A stretch of DNA of 64,000 nucleotides from Propionibacteriaceae bacterium (lineage in GTDB: Bacteria; Actinomycetota; Actinomycetes; Propionibacteriales; Propionibacteriaceae): assembly GCA_035535875.1 (NCBI GenBank), contig DATLPF010000053.1, forward strand, positions 681-64,680. Direction: 5' to 3'. A program made the position numbers and the translations under genes. Under the pieces are notes generated by a model. It was not told where the DNA came from, searched no databases, and was given only the letters and a program-made list of their open reading frames with translations. Shown here one piece after another: positions 38,808 through 48,829 of the stretch (the first letter of the stretch is position 1; every line of letters begins with the position of its first letter).

Positions 38808-40223
38808 TTAGAAGAGAAGGGCGAGGGCGGGGTCGCTGAGAATTGCGGCCACATCGGCGAGGAAGGTCGAACCCTGGGCGCCATCGGCGAGCCGATGATC
38901 GAATGAGACCGACAGGGTGGTCACCCAACGCGGTTCAATCCGCTCATCAGATCCGTCACCGACCACCCAGGGCCTCCGGGCGATCTGGCCAATGCACAAA
39001 ATGCCCGACTCTCCCGGATTGAGAATCGGGCTGCCGGCGTCGACGCCAAACACCCCGATATTTGTAATCGTGAACGTGCCGCCAGCCGTATCCGCCGGCT
39101 GAGTCTTGCCCTCGCGCGCCGTTGCCACGACCTCCTGCAGTGCTGCCGCCAGCTCGGCCAGGCTGAGTGACTCGGCGCCCTTGATGTTCGGGACGATGAG
39201 CCCGCGCGGGGTCGCGGTGGCGATCCCAAGATTGATCGAACTCTTGAGCACGATCTGCTGAGCCGACTCATCCCAGAACGAATTGAGCTCTGGCGTACGC
39301 CCAAGCGCCAGGCATACCGCCTTGGCGGCGATCAAGAGCGGGGAAACCCGAAGATCAGCAAACTCTCGCCGCGTCTTGAGCCGCTCCACCAGCCGCATCG
39401 TCGCGCTCACGTCGCAGTCCAGAAACACCGAGACGTGCGGCGCCGTGAACGCCGAGCGCACCATTGCGTCCGCCGTCGATTTGCGCACCCCCTTGATCGG
39501 GATCCGCACGTCCTCGCGCGGGGCTCGAGCTTCCACCCGAGGAGTGCCGATCTCCTCGACGGTCTCGACTCGCTTGCTCGCCGCGGTCACATCATCGCGG
39601 GTGATCATTCCACCCGGCCCGCTGCCAATCAGGCTCCCAAGATCAACGCCTAAATCCTTGGCCAGCTTGCGCACTGGCGGCTTCGCAAGTACTGCGCCAC
39701 CAGACGGTGTGGGCGCGGGCGCCGTCTCACCCGGCCCGGGCAGCGGGGCGCCGGTTGGCGCACCCTGCTCGGCCTGCAACGGCTCGCGGTCGTCGGCACG
39801 TCGCGATACCGGAGCATGGGTGGAGAATGTGTCCGCAACCTGGTCGTGCGCCTCCACAGGTCCATCCCCCGCGCCGCGCCGTGGGCGACGCTTGGCCGAC
39901 CCGGTTCGCGGCCCGTAACCGACCAGGTTTGGCACCTGAGCCTCGCCGCCGCCGTTGGTCTCCGCCGGTGATGTCTCCGCCACGCCATCCTCGATCGAGA
40001 TGATCGGCGTACCGACATCAACCGTGTCACCCTCGTTCACCAGCAGCTCGGTCACTGTGCCGGCGTACGGTGTCGGCAGCTCGACCAACGACTTGCTTGT
40101 CTCCACCTCGACCAGGATGTCGTTGATCTTGATCTGGTCGCCGACCGCAACCCGCCAAGTGACGATGTCTGCCTCGACCAGTCCCTCGCCCGGATCCGGC
40201 AGCCGGAATGTGTGCAGTGCCAT
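38808..40223 (-). CDS. 2-oxoacid dehydrogenase E2 (dihydrolipoamide acyltransferase)
   Basis: Lipoyl ETSKS, E3-binding AKPPVRKLAK..GSG.GG.I, catalytic DHRLADG. Confidence 0.95.
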   Translation of the reverse strand: MALHTFRLPDPGEGLVEADIVTWRVAVGDQIKINDILVEVETSKSLVELPTPYAGTVTELLVNEGDTVDVGTPIISIEDGVAETSPAETNGGGEAQVPNLVGYGPRTGSAKRRPRRGAGDGPVEAHDQVADTFSTHAPVSRRADDREPLQAEQGAPTGAPLPGPGETAPAPTPSGGAVLAKPPVRKLAKDLGVDLGSLIGSGPGGMITRDDVTAASKRVETVEEIGTPRVEARAPREDVRIPIKGVRKSTADAMVRSAFTAPHVSVFLDCDVSATMRLVERLKTRREFADLRVSPLLIAAKAVCLALGRTPELNSFWDESAQQIVLKSSINLGIATATPRGLIVPNIKGAESLSLAELAAALQEVVATAREGKTQPADTAGGTFTITNIGVFGVDAGSPILNPGESGILCIGQIARRPWVVGDGSDERIEPRWVTTLSVSFDHRLADGAQGSTFLADVAAILSDPALALLF

Positions 40224-40237
40224 GCTAGCCCTCCCCC

Positions 40238-41212
40238 TCAGTAGGCCAGCGAGCGATCGACCATATCGAGGACCCGATCAAGATCAGGAAGATACTCCTC
40301 CTCGACGCGGCTCGGCGGATACGGAATGTCAAAACCAGCAACCCGCAGCACCGGCGCCTCCAGGGAGTAGAAGCACTGCTCGGTGATCCGCGCTGCAAGC
40401 TCGGCACCCAGCCCGAGATTCAACTGAGCCTCGTGCACGGTGATCGCCCGGCCAGTCTTCTGTACCGACTCGTCCACCAGCGCCATGTCCAGCGGCGACA
40501 GCGTACGGAGATCGATCACTTCAAGATCATGACCTTCCTCGCTGGCCGCTTCGGCCGCGTCCAGGCAGGTCTTGACCATCGGCCCGTACGCGATCAAGGT
40601 GACGTCGGTTCCAGGTCGCGCCACCCGCGCGGAATGCAAGGGCGCCGGAGTGGCTGACTCGTCCACCTCGCCCCGCTCGTGATAGCGCCGCTTGGGCTCT
40701 AAGAAGATGATCGGGTCGTCCGAGGCGACGGCCTGCTGGATCATCCAGTACGCGTCGACCGGATTGGCGCAGGTCACCACTTTCAGCCCCGCGGTATGGC
40801 AGAAGTAGGCCTCGGGGGACTCGCTGTGGTGCTCGACGGCTCCGATGCCTCCGCCGTAGGGGATCCTGATCACGATCGGCATCCGCAGCAGCCCACGTGA
40901 GCGGTAATGGAGCCGCGCGGCCTGGCTGACGATCTGGTTGAACGCTGGGTAGACAAACCCGTCGAACTGGATCTCGCACACCGGACGGTAGCCGCGTAAC
41001 GCCATCCCCACGGCGGTGCCGACGATGCCGGATTCCGCAAGCGGCGAATCGATCACCCGATGCTCACCAAAGTCCTTCTGAAGGCCCTCGGTGACCCGGA
41101 AGACGCCACCGAGCTTGCCGACGTCTTCACCAGCGACCACCACCTTGGGATCGGCTTCCAGTGCTCTGCGAAGGCCGGCATTGAGCGCTTTAGCCATGGT
41201 CAGCATGGTCAT
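40238..41212 (-). CDS. 2-oxoacid (pyruvate/branched-chain) dehydrogenase E1 beta
   Basis: GEDVG.LGGVFR.T, EIQFDGF, EHHSES, EPKRRY. Confidence 0.95.
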   Translation of the reverse strand: MTMLTMAKALNAGLRRALEADPKVVVAGEDVGKLGGVFRVTEGLQKDFGEHRVIDSPLAESGIVGTAVGMALRGYRPVCEIQFDGFVYPAFNQIVSQAARLHYRSRGLLRMPIVIRIPYGGGIGAVEHHSESPEAYFCHTAGLKVVTCANPVDAYWMIQQAVASDDPIIFLEPKRRYHERGEVDESATPAPLHSARVARPGTDVTLIAYGPMVKTCLDAAEAASEEGHDLEVIDLRTLSPLDMALVDESVQKTGRAITVHEAQLNLGLGAELAARITEQCFYSLEAPVLRVAGFDIPYPPSRVEEEYLPDLDRVLDMVDRSLAY

Positions 41213-42375
41213 CAGACGCCTCCCCCGTATGCCGGCTCCGGCTGTCGCAACTCGTCGGAGGAGTCAGCGCCTTCAAAGGTTGCTAGGTATTCGGCGAAGT
41301 TGGCCTTCTGCTCGACCAGATATGGGGTCTGCTCGGCGTACACATAGTCAAAGCAGTCGAGGATCTGGGGGTCAGGCAGAGCGAGGCAGCGGGCTCGAAG
41401 GTCGGCAGCGTAGTCGGAAGCTTCGGCCTCCACCTCGGCGAAGAAGGCCTCATCGCCGCTGCCGCTGCGCGTCAGATACGCCTTGACCCGCTCGATCGGA
41501 TCCTTCAACCGCCAATGCTCAAGCTCGTCAGCGAGCCGGTACTTCGTCGGATCGTCGGAGGTGGTGTGGGCGCCCATGCGATAGGTGTAGGCCTCGATCA
41601 AGGATGGGCCGCTGCCCGTGCGCGCGCGATCGAGGGCCGCCGTAGTGGCCGCGTATACCGCGAGCACGTCGTTGCCGTCGACGCGCACGCCGGGGAAACC
41701 GAAGCCAGAAGCCCTGCGATACAAGGGAATTCGAGACTGCCGCTCGATCGGCTCGGAGATCGCCCACTGATTGTTCTGGCAGAAGAAGACGATGGGCGCG
41801 TTGTAGGAACTGGCGAAGATGAAAGCCTCGTTGACATCGCCCTGGCTGGTTGCGCCGTCACCGAAGTAACCCACCACTGCCATGTCGCGGTCGGGATCGC
41901 CGGTGCCGACCAGGCCATCGCGTTCTACCGCCATCGCATAGCCGGTGGCATGCAAGGTCTGCGCCCCAATGACGACCGTGTAGAGGTGGAAGCGGCTCTT
42001 CTGAGAGTCCCAGCCACCAAGATCAACTCCGCGGAACAGGGCCAGCAGGTGCAGTGGGTCGACACCCAGGCACCACGCCACGCCGTGCTCTCGATAGGTG
42101 GGAAAAACAAAGTCATGCTTGCCGAGCGCGCGGCCCGAGCCGACCTGGGCCGCCTCTTGGCCTAGACACGAAGCCCACAGTCCGAGTTCGCCCTGGCGCT
42201 GCAGGGCGGTCGCCTCGGAATCGACCCGGCGGGTCAGCACCATGTCGTGGTAGAAGCTCTTGATCTGATCGTCGTCGCCGCTGAAGGAGTACTCGGGATG
42301 TTCTAGTCGCTCACCCTCCGGTGTAAGCAGCTGGACCAGCTCGACCTCTCCGCTCGCACCGCTGGCGTCGCTCAT
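41212..42375 (-). CDS. 2-oxoacid (pyruvate/branched-chain) dehydrogenase E1 alpha
   Basis: LQRQG, GQEA.Q, TPP motif GDGA...NNQWAIS, YRMGAHTTSDD. Confidence 0.95.
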   Translation of the reverse strand: MSDASGASGEVELVQLLTPEGERLEHPEYSFSGDDDQIKSFYHDMVLTRRVDSEATALQRQGELGLWASCLGQEAAQVGSGRALGKHDFVFPTYREHGVAWCLGVDPLHLLALFRGVDLGGWDSQKSRFHLYTVVIGAQTLHATGYAMAVERDGLVGTGDPDRDMAVVGYFGDGATSQGDVNEAFIFASSYNAPIVFFCQNNQWAISEPIERQSRIPLYRRASGFGFPGVRVDGNDVLAVYAATTAALDRARTGSGPSLIEAYTYRMGAHTTSDDPTKYRLADELEHWRLKDPIERVKAYLTRSGSGDEAFFAEVEAEASDYAADLRARCLALPDPQILDCFDYVYAEQTPYLVEQKANFAEYLATFEGADSSDELRQPEPAYGGGV

Positions 42376-42521
42376 TGGTGCATCCTCTCGTCACCGGATG
42401 CGGTGGTTCCGCATCTCATCGGTCCCGGTGCGGGATCGCCGCGCTGGGTGGTACCACCACCCTCCGGGGCGTTGGTTTCGCTCCGGCTCGCCATGTCCAG
42501 CGAGCGGACTAGGACTGGCAC
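42372..42521 (-). CDS. Candidate 49-aa upstream ORF coupled to E1 alpha
   Basis: AAGGAG, 5 nt, then GTG at 42521; its TGA overlaps the E1a ATG (ATGA). Confidence 0.4.
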   Translation of the reverse strand: MPVLVRSLDMASRSETNAPEGGGTTQRGDPAPGPMRCGTTASGDERMHQ

Positions 42522-42694
42522 GGCGGCTCCTTGTGGGTGCACCGGGCCAGCCGCACCCCAACGTACCGCCTCGCTTTCCGAGGCGGGAAAACAACTTGTA
42601 TGTCCTACCTTTGATCGCCGGGTCGCCTGACGATTCCCTGGAAACCTCACGCCAGCCGCTCGCTATCGGCCCGACACGCCGAGTGGAAGCGCGG

Positions 42695-43882
42695 CTAGCG
42701 TGAGCTTTTGAGGGATTGCTGGAAGCGCAGAATGCGGATCAGGGCCGCTGCGACCGCCTCGGGGCCGGCGGCAAGAGAGACGCGGACGGCGGTACCACCG
42801 TCTCGTTGGTCGAAGTCGGTACCCGGAGTGAGCGCCACACCGTGTTCCTCCAGCAGCGCCTCGCACCACGACTCAGCGTCGGGATGCGGGCCGAGCTGGC
42901 CACCGATGCCCGCATACACATAGAAGGCGCCATCGGCAGGTGCGACGCCAGTCCAGCCAAGATCATCAACAGCCTGAAGCACAATCGTTCGGGCATCAGC
43001 AAAGGCTGAGACCGCGGCATCAGCTTCCCGGTAGGACTCCTCAGTGAAGGCAGCGATCGCCGCATGCTGGGCTGGTACTGGCGGGCACAGAGCGAAGTTC
43101 CCGGCCAGTGCGTCGAAGGACGCCACCAGATCGGCCGGCACCAGGCTCCATCCGAGCCGCCAGCCTGTCATTCCCCAGTACTTGGAGAAAGAGGAGATCA
43201 CGATGGCTTCACGATCATGCTCCCAGGCGCAGCTGGTTGCGACCGTATGGTCGGTGATTCCGTGGTAGATCTCGTCGCTCACCAGCCGAACTTCATGATC
43301 ACGACACCAGGCTGCGAGTTCCGCGAGATGATCAGGAGTGACCATAGTCCCCGTGGGATTGGCCGGAGAGCCGATCACCAAGCCGGCCAGAGGCGCGGCC
43401 GCGTGTGCCTGCTCCAGCATCTCCACCGTCGGCTGGAAGCGTTCCGCTGGACCGCAGGCCAGCTCGACTACCTGACATCCCAGCGAGGCCAGAATGTTCC
43501 GGTACGCCGGATAGCCCGGCCGGGTCAATGCCACCCGGTCACCATGATCAAAAGCGGCCAGGAAGCTAAGTAGGAAGGCGCCCGATGAACCCGTGGTCAA
43601 CGCGATTTGATCTTCATCGACGTTTAGCGAGTACCAGCGCCGGTAGTGTGCCGCGATCTCGCGTCGCAGCGGCTTGATGCCAAAGGTTTCGGTGTAGCCC
43701 AGCGGCGTACGGTCGACCATCAGCTCGGCGGCCCGACGCCGGACGTCTGCCGGGGCCCCTTGAGACGGCTCGCCAGCACAGAGTGAGATGACCTCCCGAC
43801 CCTGGGCACGCAATTGTGCCACGCGGTTGAGGATGCTCATGACCGCGAACGGCGGAACGGCGGCCCGGTGCGACGGTTTCAT
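42695..43882 (-). CDS. Class I/II PLP-dependent aminotransferase
   Basis: SPANPTG, SDEIYH, SFSKYWGMTGWRLG, DGAFY. Confidence 0.93.
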   Translation of the reverse strand: MKPSHRAAVPPFAVMSILNRVAQLRAQGREVISLCAGEPSQGAPADVRRRAAELMVDRTPLGYTETFGIKPLRREIAAHYRRWYSLNVDEDQIALTTGSSGAFLLSFLAAFDHGDRVALTRPGYPAYRNILASLGCQVVELACGPAERFQPTVEMLEQAHAAAPLAGLVIGSPANPTGTMVTPDHLAELAAWCRDHEVRLVSDEIYHGITDHTVATSCAWEHDREAIVISSFSKYWGMTGWRLGWSLVPADLVASFDALAGNFALCPPVPAQHAAIAAFTEESYREADAAVSAFADARTIVLQAVDDLGWTGVAPADGAFYVYAGIGGQLGPHPDAESWCEALLEEHGVALTPGTDFDQRDGGTAVRVSLAAGPEAVAAALIRILRFQQSLKSSR

Positions 43883-44430
43883 GCGTTCTGCAGGCGCTTG
43901 CGCGCGCGGTATGCGGCAACGTTGGTCCGGTTGCCGCAGTTGCCGGTATCGCAGTAGCGCTTCGAGGAGTTCTTGGAGAGATCGACCAGCACATCTTCAC
44001 AGTCCTCGGCGGCACAGATCCGCAGCCGGCCGAGCTCGTCGGCTCTGATCAGATCCAGGAAGGCCATCGCAGCCTCGGCCGCGATCCGGTCGGCAAGCGG
44101 CGCGTCTGGGCGGGTGACGTGCAGGTGCCAGTCCCACTCGTCGTGGCGGGCCAGGTAAGGCCGGGCCTCGGCCTCCTCGAGGATCTGGTTGACCAGAGCG
44201 GCTGCCTCGTCGCGATCTTTGATTGTCCAGAATCTGCGGAGTCGGGGACGCAGGACACGTACTGATTCGAGCTCCTCATAGTTCCGGCGAACGACACCCG
44301 AGTAGGGACTGCGGGCCAGGAAGTCGTCGAAATCAGCCAAGGTGACCAGCGTGTCACCCTCGAGCCCCACAGTGTTCACCAGGGCCGCGGCCTCAGCAAG
44401 AGCGCGCTCGCTGTCATGACTAAAAAGCAT
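43879..44430 (-). CDS. ABATE/CGNR zinc-finger domain protein
   Basis: C..EDC...VDLSKNSSKRYC...CGNR; AGGAG RBS before ATG at 44430. Confidence 0.92.
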   Translation of the reverse strand: MLFSHDSERALAEAAALVNTVGLEGDTLVTLADFDDFLARSPYSGVVRRNYEELESVRVLRPRLRRFWTIKDRDEAAALVNQILEEAEARPYLARHDEWDWHLHVTRPDAPLADRIAAEAAMAFLDLIRADELGRLRICAAEDCEDVLVDLSKNSSKRYCDTGNCGNRTNVAAYRARKRLQNA

Positions 44431-44490
44431 CTTGACTCCTGACATGATGTGCTCTAGTGTCATTAGTGTACTCGATTTTGGTCATGACAG
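44411..44490. promoter_or_regulatory. Inverted repeat spanning the divergent CGNR/EamA promoter (candidate operator)
   Basis: CTGTCATGACTAAAA...TTTTGGTCATGACAG, 14/15 complementary; each arm contains the palindrome GTCATGAC. Confidence 0.6.
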
Positions 44491-44523
44491 GGATATGGCG
44501 GGCAAGCTGAGGAGGAGAGGGAG

Positions 44524-45477
44524 ATGACGACCGTTGCTCGGGAAGAAGCCCGAACGGTCGCCGACCGGAGCTATGGCGCGGGACTGACCCTTGCGCTCGT
44601 CTCGGCGTCATTCTTTGGACTCTCTGGCTCGCTCGCCCGCTCGTTGCTGGATCTGGGCTGGTCGCCCGCGGCGGTCGTCGCGACTCGTGTTGGAGGCGCA
44701 TTCCTCATCCTTCTCATACCATGCCTGGCCCTACTCCGCCGGATTGGACTGCCAACCCGTGGGCAGTCGCTGCGGATGCTGGCGTACGGGGTGGTCGCAA
44801 TCGCGTTGGCGCAGCTCTGCTACTTCAGCGCCGTGCAGTACCTCTCCGTCGGCGTCGCTCTACTGCTGGAATACCTGGCGCCGGTCATGTTGATCGGCTG
44901 GCACTGGGCACGGACCCACCGCCGGCCCACCTGGTCAGTGCTTGTGGGAGCTGGTCTGTCAATCGTCGGCCTGGCCTTCGTCCTCGACCTTCGCGAGGGA
45001 CTGACGCTCAGCCCGATCGGCGTCGCCTGGGCTCTAGGTGCGGCTCTGTGCCTCTGCGCCTACTTCCTTCTCAGTGAAGACAACGGAAGCGATGCACCGA
45101 TCCACCCGCTGCTGCTGACGACGGCCGGTACCGGGATCGGAGCGGGCGTCCTGCTGGCTGCCGCAGCAGCCGGCATCCTGCCGCTCACCGCGTCTGGCGG
45201 GGTCACGATCTTGGCCGACCAGTCTGTCGGCTGGTGGCTCCCGGTCATGGTGTTGATCTTGATCAGCGCCGTGCTGGCCTATCCGGCTGGCATCGTTGGG
45301 GTACGTCGCCTCGGCAGTTCACTGGCATCGTTCGTCTCCTTGACCGAGGTCATCTTCGCGGTGATTTTTGCCTTCGTGCTGCTCGGCCAGCGTCCTGGAC
45401 TCATGCAGCTGCTGGGCGGCGCGTTGATCTTGGCCGGGATCGCCCTCGTGCAGCGGCCTGCTAGGCCGCAAGACTGA
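44524..45477 (+). CDS. EamA/DMT family transporter
   Basis: About ten TM segments, YFSAV..L.VGVALLLEY.AP, L.EV.FA; AGGAG RBS. Confidence 0.92.
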   Translation: MTTVAREEARTVADRSYGAGLTLALVSASFFGLSGSLARSLLDLGWSPAAVVATRVGGAFLILLIPCLALLRRIGLPTRGQSLRMLAYGVVAIALAQLCYFSAVQYLSVGVALLLEYLAPVMLIGWHWARTHRRPTWSVLVGAGLSIVGLAFVLDLREGLTLSPIGVAWALGAALCLCAYFLLSEDNGSDAPIHPLLLTTAGTGIGAGVLLAAAAAGILPLTASGGVTILADQSVGWWLPVMVLILISAVLAYPAGIVGVRRLGSSLASFVSLTEVIFAVIFAFVLLGQRPGLMQLLGGALILAGIALVQRPARPQD

Positions 45478-45483
45478 GCTCAG

Positions 45484-46377
45484 TCAGGATCTGCCGAAGT
45501 CGGTGACCAACCAGACCTTGCCGTGTACCGAGTCGTTGATCACGTCGATTCCGACATCAACGTAGGTCTTGCTCAAGATGTTGCGGCGGTGGCCGTCGTT
45601 GGGCGGTTTCTCGTTGTACATCGCCTTCTGCACGGCGAGAACGCCGCCTTGCGAACGGCTGCTGTTGTAGGCGATGTTCTCCCCGACAGCGCTCCAGCGG
45701 TATCCGGCAGCCGAGACCCGCGAACCGAGGGCCGCCTCGCCGCTCAGCTGGTGGCTCAGTTTGTTGGCTTTGGCCATAGCCAGGTTGTGGGTGTGCGCGG
45801 ACGAGACGAGCTTGCTGTTGAGCTTCAAGGCTGACAGTCCATGGTTCGCACGCTCGGCATTGAGTTCCGCGAGCACTGCCTTCGCCCAGTCGGAGCGCGT
45901 CGCGTAGCCGGAAGCGCTGCTGGACGCCGTCTTGGCAGGCGCCGACGTTGCGGCCTGGGTCGGCTTCCTGGTGGGAGTCGACTTCTTCTTAGGAGTCGGC
46001 TTGGCGTGATGGGTCGGAGTGGCGGTCGCTGCCCGCCGCTTAGCGGCCGTCGATATGGTGCCGGGACTCTTGGTCGACCGTCCAACTGGCGTTGCAGTCC
46101 GACGCTGCTTCAGCTCATGACATACGGCAGGCTTCTCGTCTCGCTGGCACTTTGGCCGAGAGTGCGCGCGGGCTCTAGGCGCACGGCTGCTGCCGCTCGA
46201 TGTGACCGTGGAAAACGCCGACGGAGTGGCCGGAGCGGCCACGAGTCGCTGATCCTGGTCCGCGGGCGCACCGGGGTCGCCGATTACCGAGCCGCCGAAT
46301 AGGGCAGCTCCAGCAACCGCCGCACTGACGATCACCGCAGCACTCGCAGAGGCGATTCGTAGTCCTGTGCTGGTCAC
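45484..46377 (-). CDS. Secreted CAP (SCP) domain protein with Thr/Pro/Lys-rich linker
   Basis: N-terminal hydrophobic segment, LN.ERA.HGL, GENIA, GHRRNIL. Confidence 0.88.
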   Translation of the reverse strand: MTSTGLRIASASAAVIVSAAVAGAALFGGSVIGDPGAPADQDQRLVAAPATPSAFSTVTSSGSSRAPRARAHSRPKCQRDEKPAVCHELKQRRTATPVGRSTKSPGTISTAAKRRAATATPTHHAKPTPKKKSTPTRKPTQAATSAPAKTASSSASGYATRSDWAKAVLAELNAERANHGLSALKLNSKLVSSAHTHNLAMAKANKLSHQLSGEAALGSRVSAAGYRWSAVGENIAYNSSRSQGGVLAVQKAMYNEKPPNDGHRRNILSKTYVDVGIDVINDSVHGKVWLVTDFGRS

Positions 46378-46492
46378 GTTGCCTTCATCGCGCACGACAG
46401 CCCCCGAACTGGTCACGCTTAAATAACGACTAGATAACGACCCGAGCAAGCCAAACATAGTCGGACCGGTTCTAGCAAGCGCCGGTCGTCAT

Positions 46493-47992
46493 GTGGACAC
46501 GCCGTACACTGCGCCGGTGGGCAGCGACACCGGTGAGTCGAGCGGCGTCCTGATAGCGGGCACCTCCTCCGACGCGGGAAAGTCGCTGGTAGTCACCGGG
46601 TTGTGCCGGGCTCTCGCGCGCCGGGGCATCGCGGTCGCTCCCTTCAAGGCCCAGAACATGTCGAACAACTCCTGCGTCTGCGGCGACGGCGCCGAGATCG
46701 GTCGTGCGCAATACCTGCAGGCGCAAGCCGCTAACCTCGCCCCTGAATCGGCTATGAACCCCGTGCTCCTGAAACCTGGCTCCGATCGCCGGGCGCACAT
46801 CGTGCTCCGGGGCCGACCCAGCGGCACGTTGGAATCGGGCGAGTACGTGAGCGGGCGCGGCCATCTGGCGGCCGCAGCGTTCGCGGCGTACGACGAACTC
46901 GCGAGTCGCTTCGAGTTGATCATCTGCGAGGGCGCCGGATCCCCTGCGGAGATCAACTTGCGGGCGGGTGACTACGTCAACCTTGGGCTGGCGCGGGCCA
47001 AGAGGCTGCCGGTCGTCGTGATCGGGGACATTGATCGCGGGGGAGTCTTTGCTTCGCTCTATGGAACGGTGGCGCTGCTCGATGACGAGGACCGGCAGTT
47101 GATCACCGCCTTCTTGATCAATAAGTTCCGGGGAGATGTCCAGGTACTCCAGCCAGGGCTGGACGAGCTCGCCCGCCGGACCGGCGTGCCGTTCGCGGGA
47201 GTGCTGCCGTGGCTTCCCGATGTCTGGTTGGATGCGGAAGACACCCTCGCGGTGGCGGCCTGGCGGCGTCAGGGTGAAGTGGCGGGGGCACTCCGAGTGG
47301 CGGTGGTGAGACTGCCGCGGCTGTCGAACGGTACCGATGTGGAGGCTCTGGCGGCTGAGTCGGGCGTAGACGTACTCGTCACAACGGATGTGCATTCAGT
47401 TGCTGATGCTGATCTTGTAGTACTGCCGGGCACTCGGTCCACCATCAGCGATCTGGACTGGTTGCGCCGGACCGGGCTTGCGGAGGTGATCGAAGATCGC
47501 GTACGACGTGGCGCGCCGGTACTGGGGATCTGCGGCGGATACCAGATGCTGGCGCGAGTGATCGATGACTCGATCGAGTCCGCTTATGGGAGAGTCGCAG
47601 GGCTCGGCGTGCTGCCTATCAAGATCAGGTTCGCTGCCGAGAAGGTGCTCCGGCGACCGACCGGCAGGTGGCATGGGCAACAGGTCGAGGCGTATGAGAT
47701 CCACCACGGGATTGCCGAGCTCGAGGGCGACGCTGAACCATTCCTCGACGGCTGGCGCCGAGATCAGGTATGGGGAACCATGTGGCACGGGGCGTGGGAG
47801 AACGACGGATTTCGGCGGGCCTGGCTGGCTGAGATCGCCGCAGCCGCTGGATCGCCGTGGCGTCCCGATCCTGACGCACCGACGTATCGGGTGCGACGAG
47901 AAACCATGATCAATACACTGGCGGACGCAGTAGACCAGCATGTCGATCTTGGTGTACTGCTGACAGGCACCCGCGCGGCTGGACGGCTGTGA
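46493..47992 (+). CDS. cobQ: Cobyric acid synthase
   Basis: GTSSDAGKS, PFKAQNMSNN, EGAGSPAEINL, DIDRGG, GICGGYQML, YEIH; exact start uncertain. Confidence 0.95.
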   Translation: MDTPYTAPVGSDTGESSGVLIAGTSSDAGKSLVVTGLCRALARRGIAVAPFKAQNMSNNSCVCGDGAEIGRAQYLQAQAANLAPESAMNPVLLKPGSDRRAHIVLRGRPSGTLESGEYVSGRGHLAAAAFAAYDELASRFELIICEGAGSPAEINLRAGDYVNLGLARAKRLPVVVIGDIDRGGVFASLYGTVALLDDEDRQLITAFLINKFRGDVQVLQPGLDELARRTGVPFAGVLPWLPDVWLDAEDTLAVAAWRRQGEVAGALRVAVVRLPRLSNGTDVEALAAESGVDVLVTTDVHSVADADLVVLPGTRSTISDLDWLRRTGLAEVIEDRVRRGAPVLGICGGYQMLARVIDDSIESAYGRVAGLGVLPIKIRFAAEKVLRRPTGRWHGQQVEAYEIHHGIAELEGDAEPFLDGWRRDQVWGTMWHGAWENDGFRRAWLAEIAAAAGSPWRPDPDAPTYRVRRETMINTLADAVDQHVDLGVLLTGTRAAGRL

Positions 47993-48780
47993 CGAATCAG
48001 GCCCTGGTCATCGGCATTGGAAGCGGAAACCCCGATCATCTGACCCGCGAAGCCGTGGCGGCTCTGAACCGGGTAAACGTGTTTCTGGTGGCCGACAAGG
48101 GAGCAGCGAAGCACGATCTGGTCGAGCTACGCGAAGAGCTTTGCCGGACGGTGATCACTCATGATCACTATCGTTTCGTCGAGGTGCCAGACCCGGAGCG
48201 CGGACCCGATCGGGAGCGCGATGCCGCGGACTATCGGGCTGGTGTGGCGGCCTGGCATGATGCCAGAGCTCAGCGGTATGCCGAGATCATCAGCGCCGAG
48301 GTGGGCGATGGAGGCACGATCGGTTTCCTGGTGTGGGGCGATCCGGCCTTCTACGACTCCACAATCCGCATCGTCGGGTCGATCGCTGATCTTGGAGTTG
48401 ATCTTGACCTGACGGTCATCCCCGGCATCAGCAGCATCCAACTGCTCGCCGCGCGGCACAAGATCATCCTGAATAGCGTCGGCCAACCCATCCATGTGAC
48501 GACTGGGCGGCGGCTACTCGATGAGTACACCCCCGCCCTCGGCGACGTGGTCGTCATGCTCGATGGTGAGCTGGCGTGCGGCGGCCTGGTTGCTCGGTTC
48601 GGTGATCTCATGATCTTCTGGGGTGCCCAACTGGGGCTCCCCGATGAAGCGCTCGTCTCCGGGCGGTTGAGCGAGGTCATCGACGAGATCCGAGCCAAGC
48701 GCGCCGCCGTACGCGAGGCTCGCGGCTGGGTGATGGACACCTACCTGCTGCGTCCACCCCTACTGACGAGAGTGAGTTGA
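47989..48780 (+). CDS. cobF: Precorrin-6A synthase (deacetylating)
   Basis: IGIG.GNPDHLT, LVWGDP.FYDST, PGISS.Q.L.ARH, GWVMDTYLLR. Confidence 0.93.
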   Translation: MTNQALVIGIGSGNPDHLTREAVAALNRVNVFLVADKGAAKHDLVELREELCRTVITHDHYRFVEVPDPERGPDRERDAADYRAGVAAWHDARAQRYAEIISAEVGDGGTIGFLVWGDPAFYDSTIRIVGSIADLGVDLDLTVIPGISSIQLLAARHKIILNSVGQPIHVTTGRRLLDEYTPALGDVVVMLDGELACGGLVARFGDLMIFWGAQLGLPDEALVSGRLSEVIDEIRAKRAAVREARGWVMDTYLLRPPLLTRVS

Positions 48781-48829
48781 TCGAGTTTGGGCACCGCTTC
48801 GTGGAGCGATAGACAAGGTGCGGGACCCG

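Noticed and set aside
46378-46492. Cobalamin riboswitch upstream of cobQ
   Set aside because: Region is short and lacks the GGGAA and B12-box motifs.
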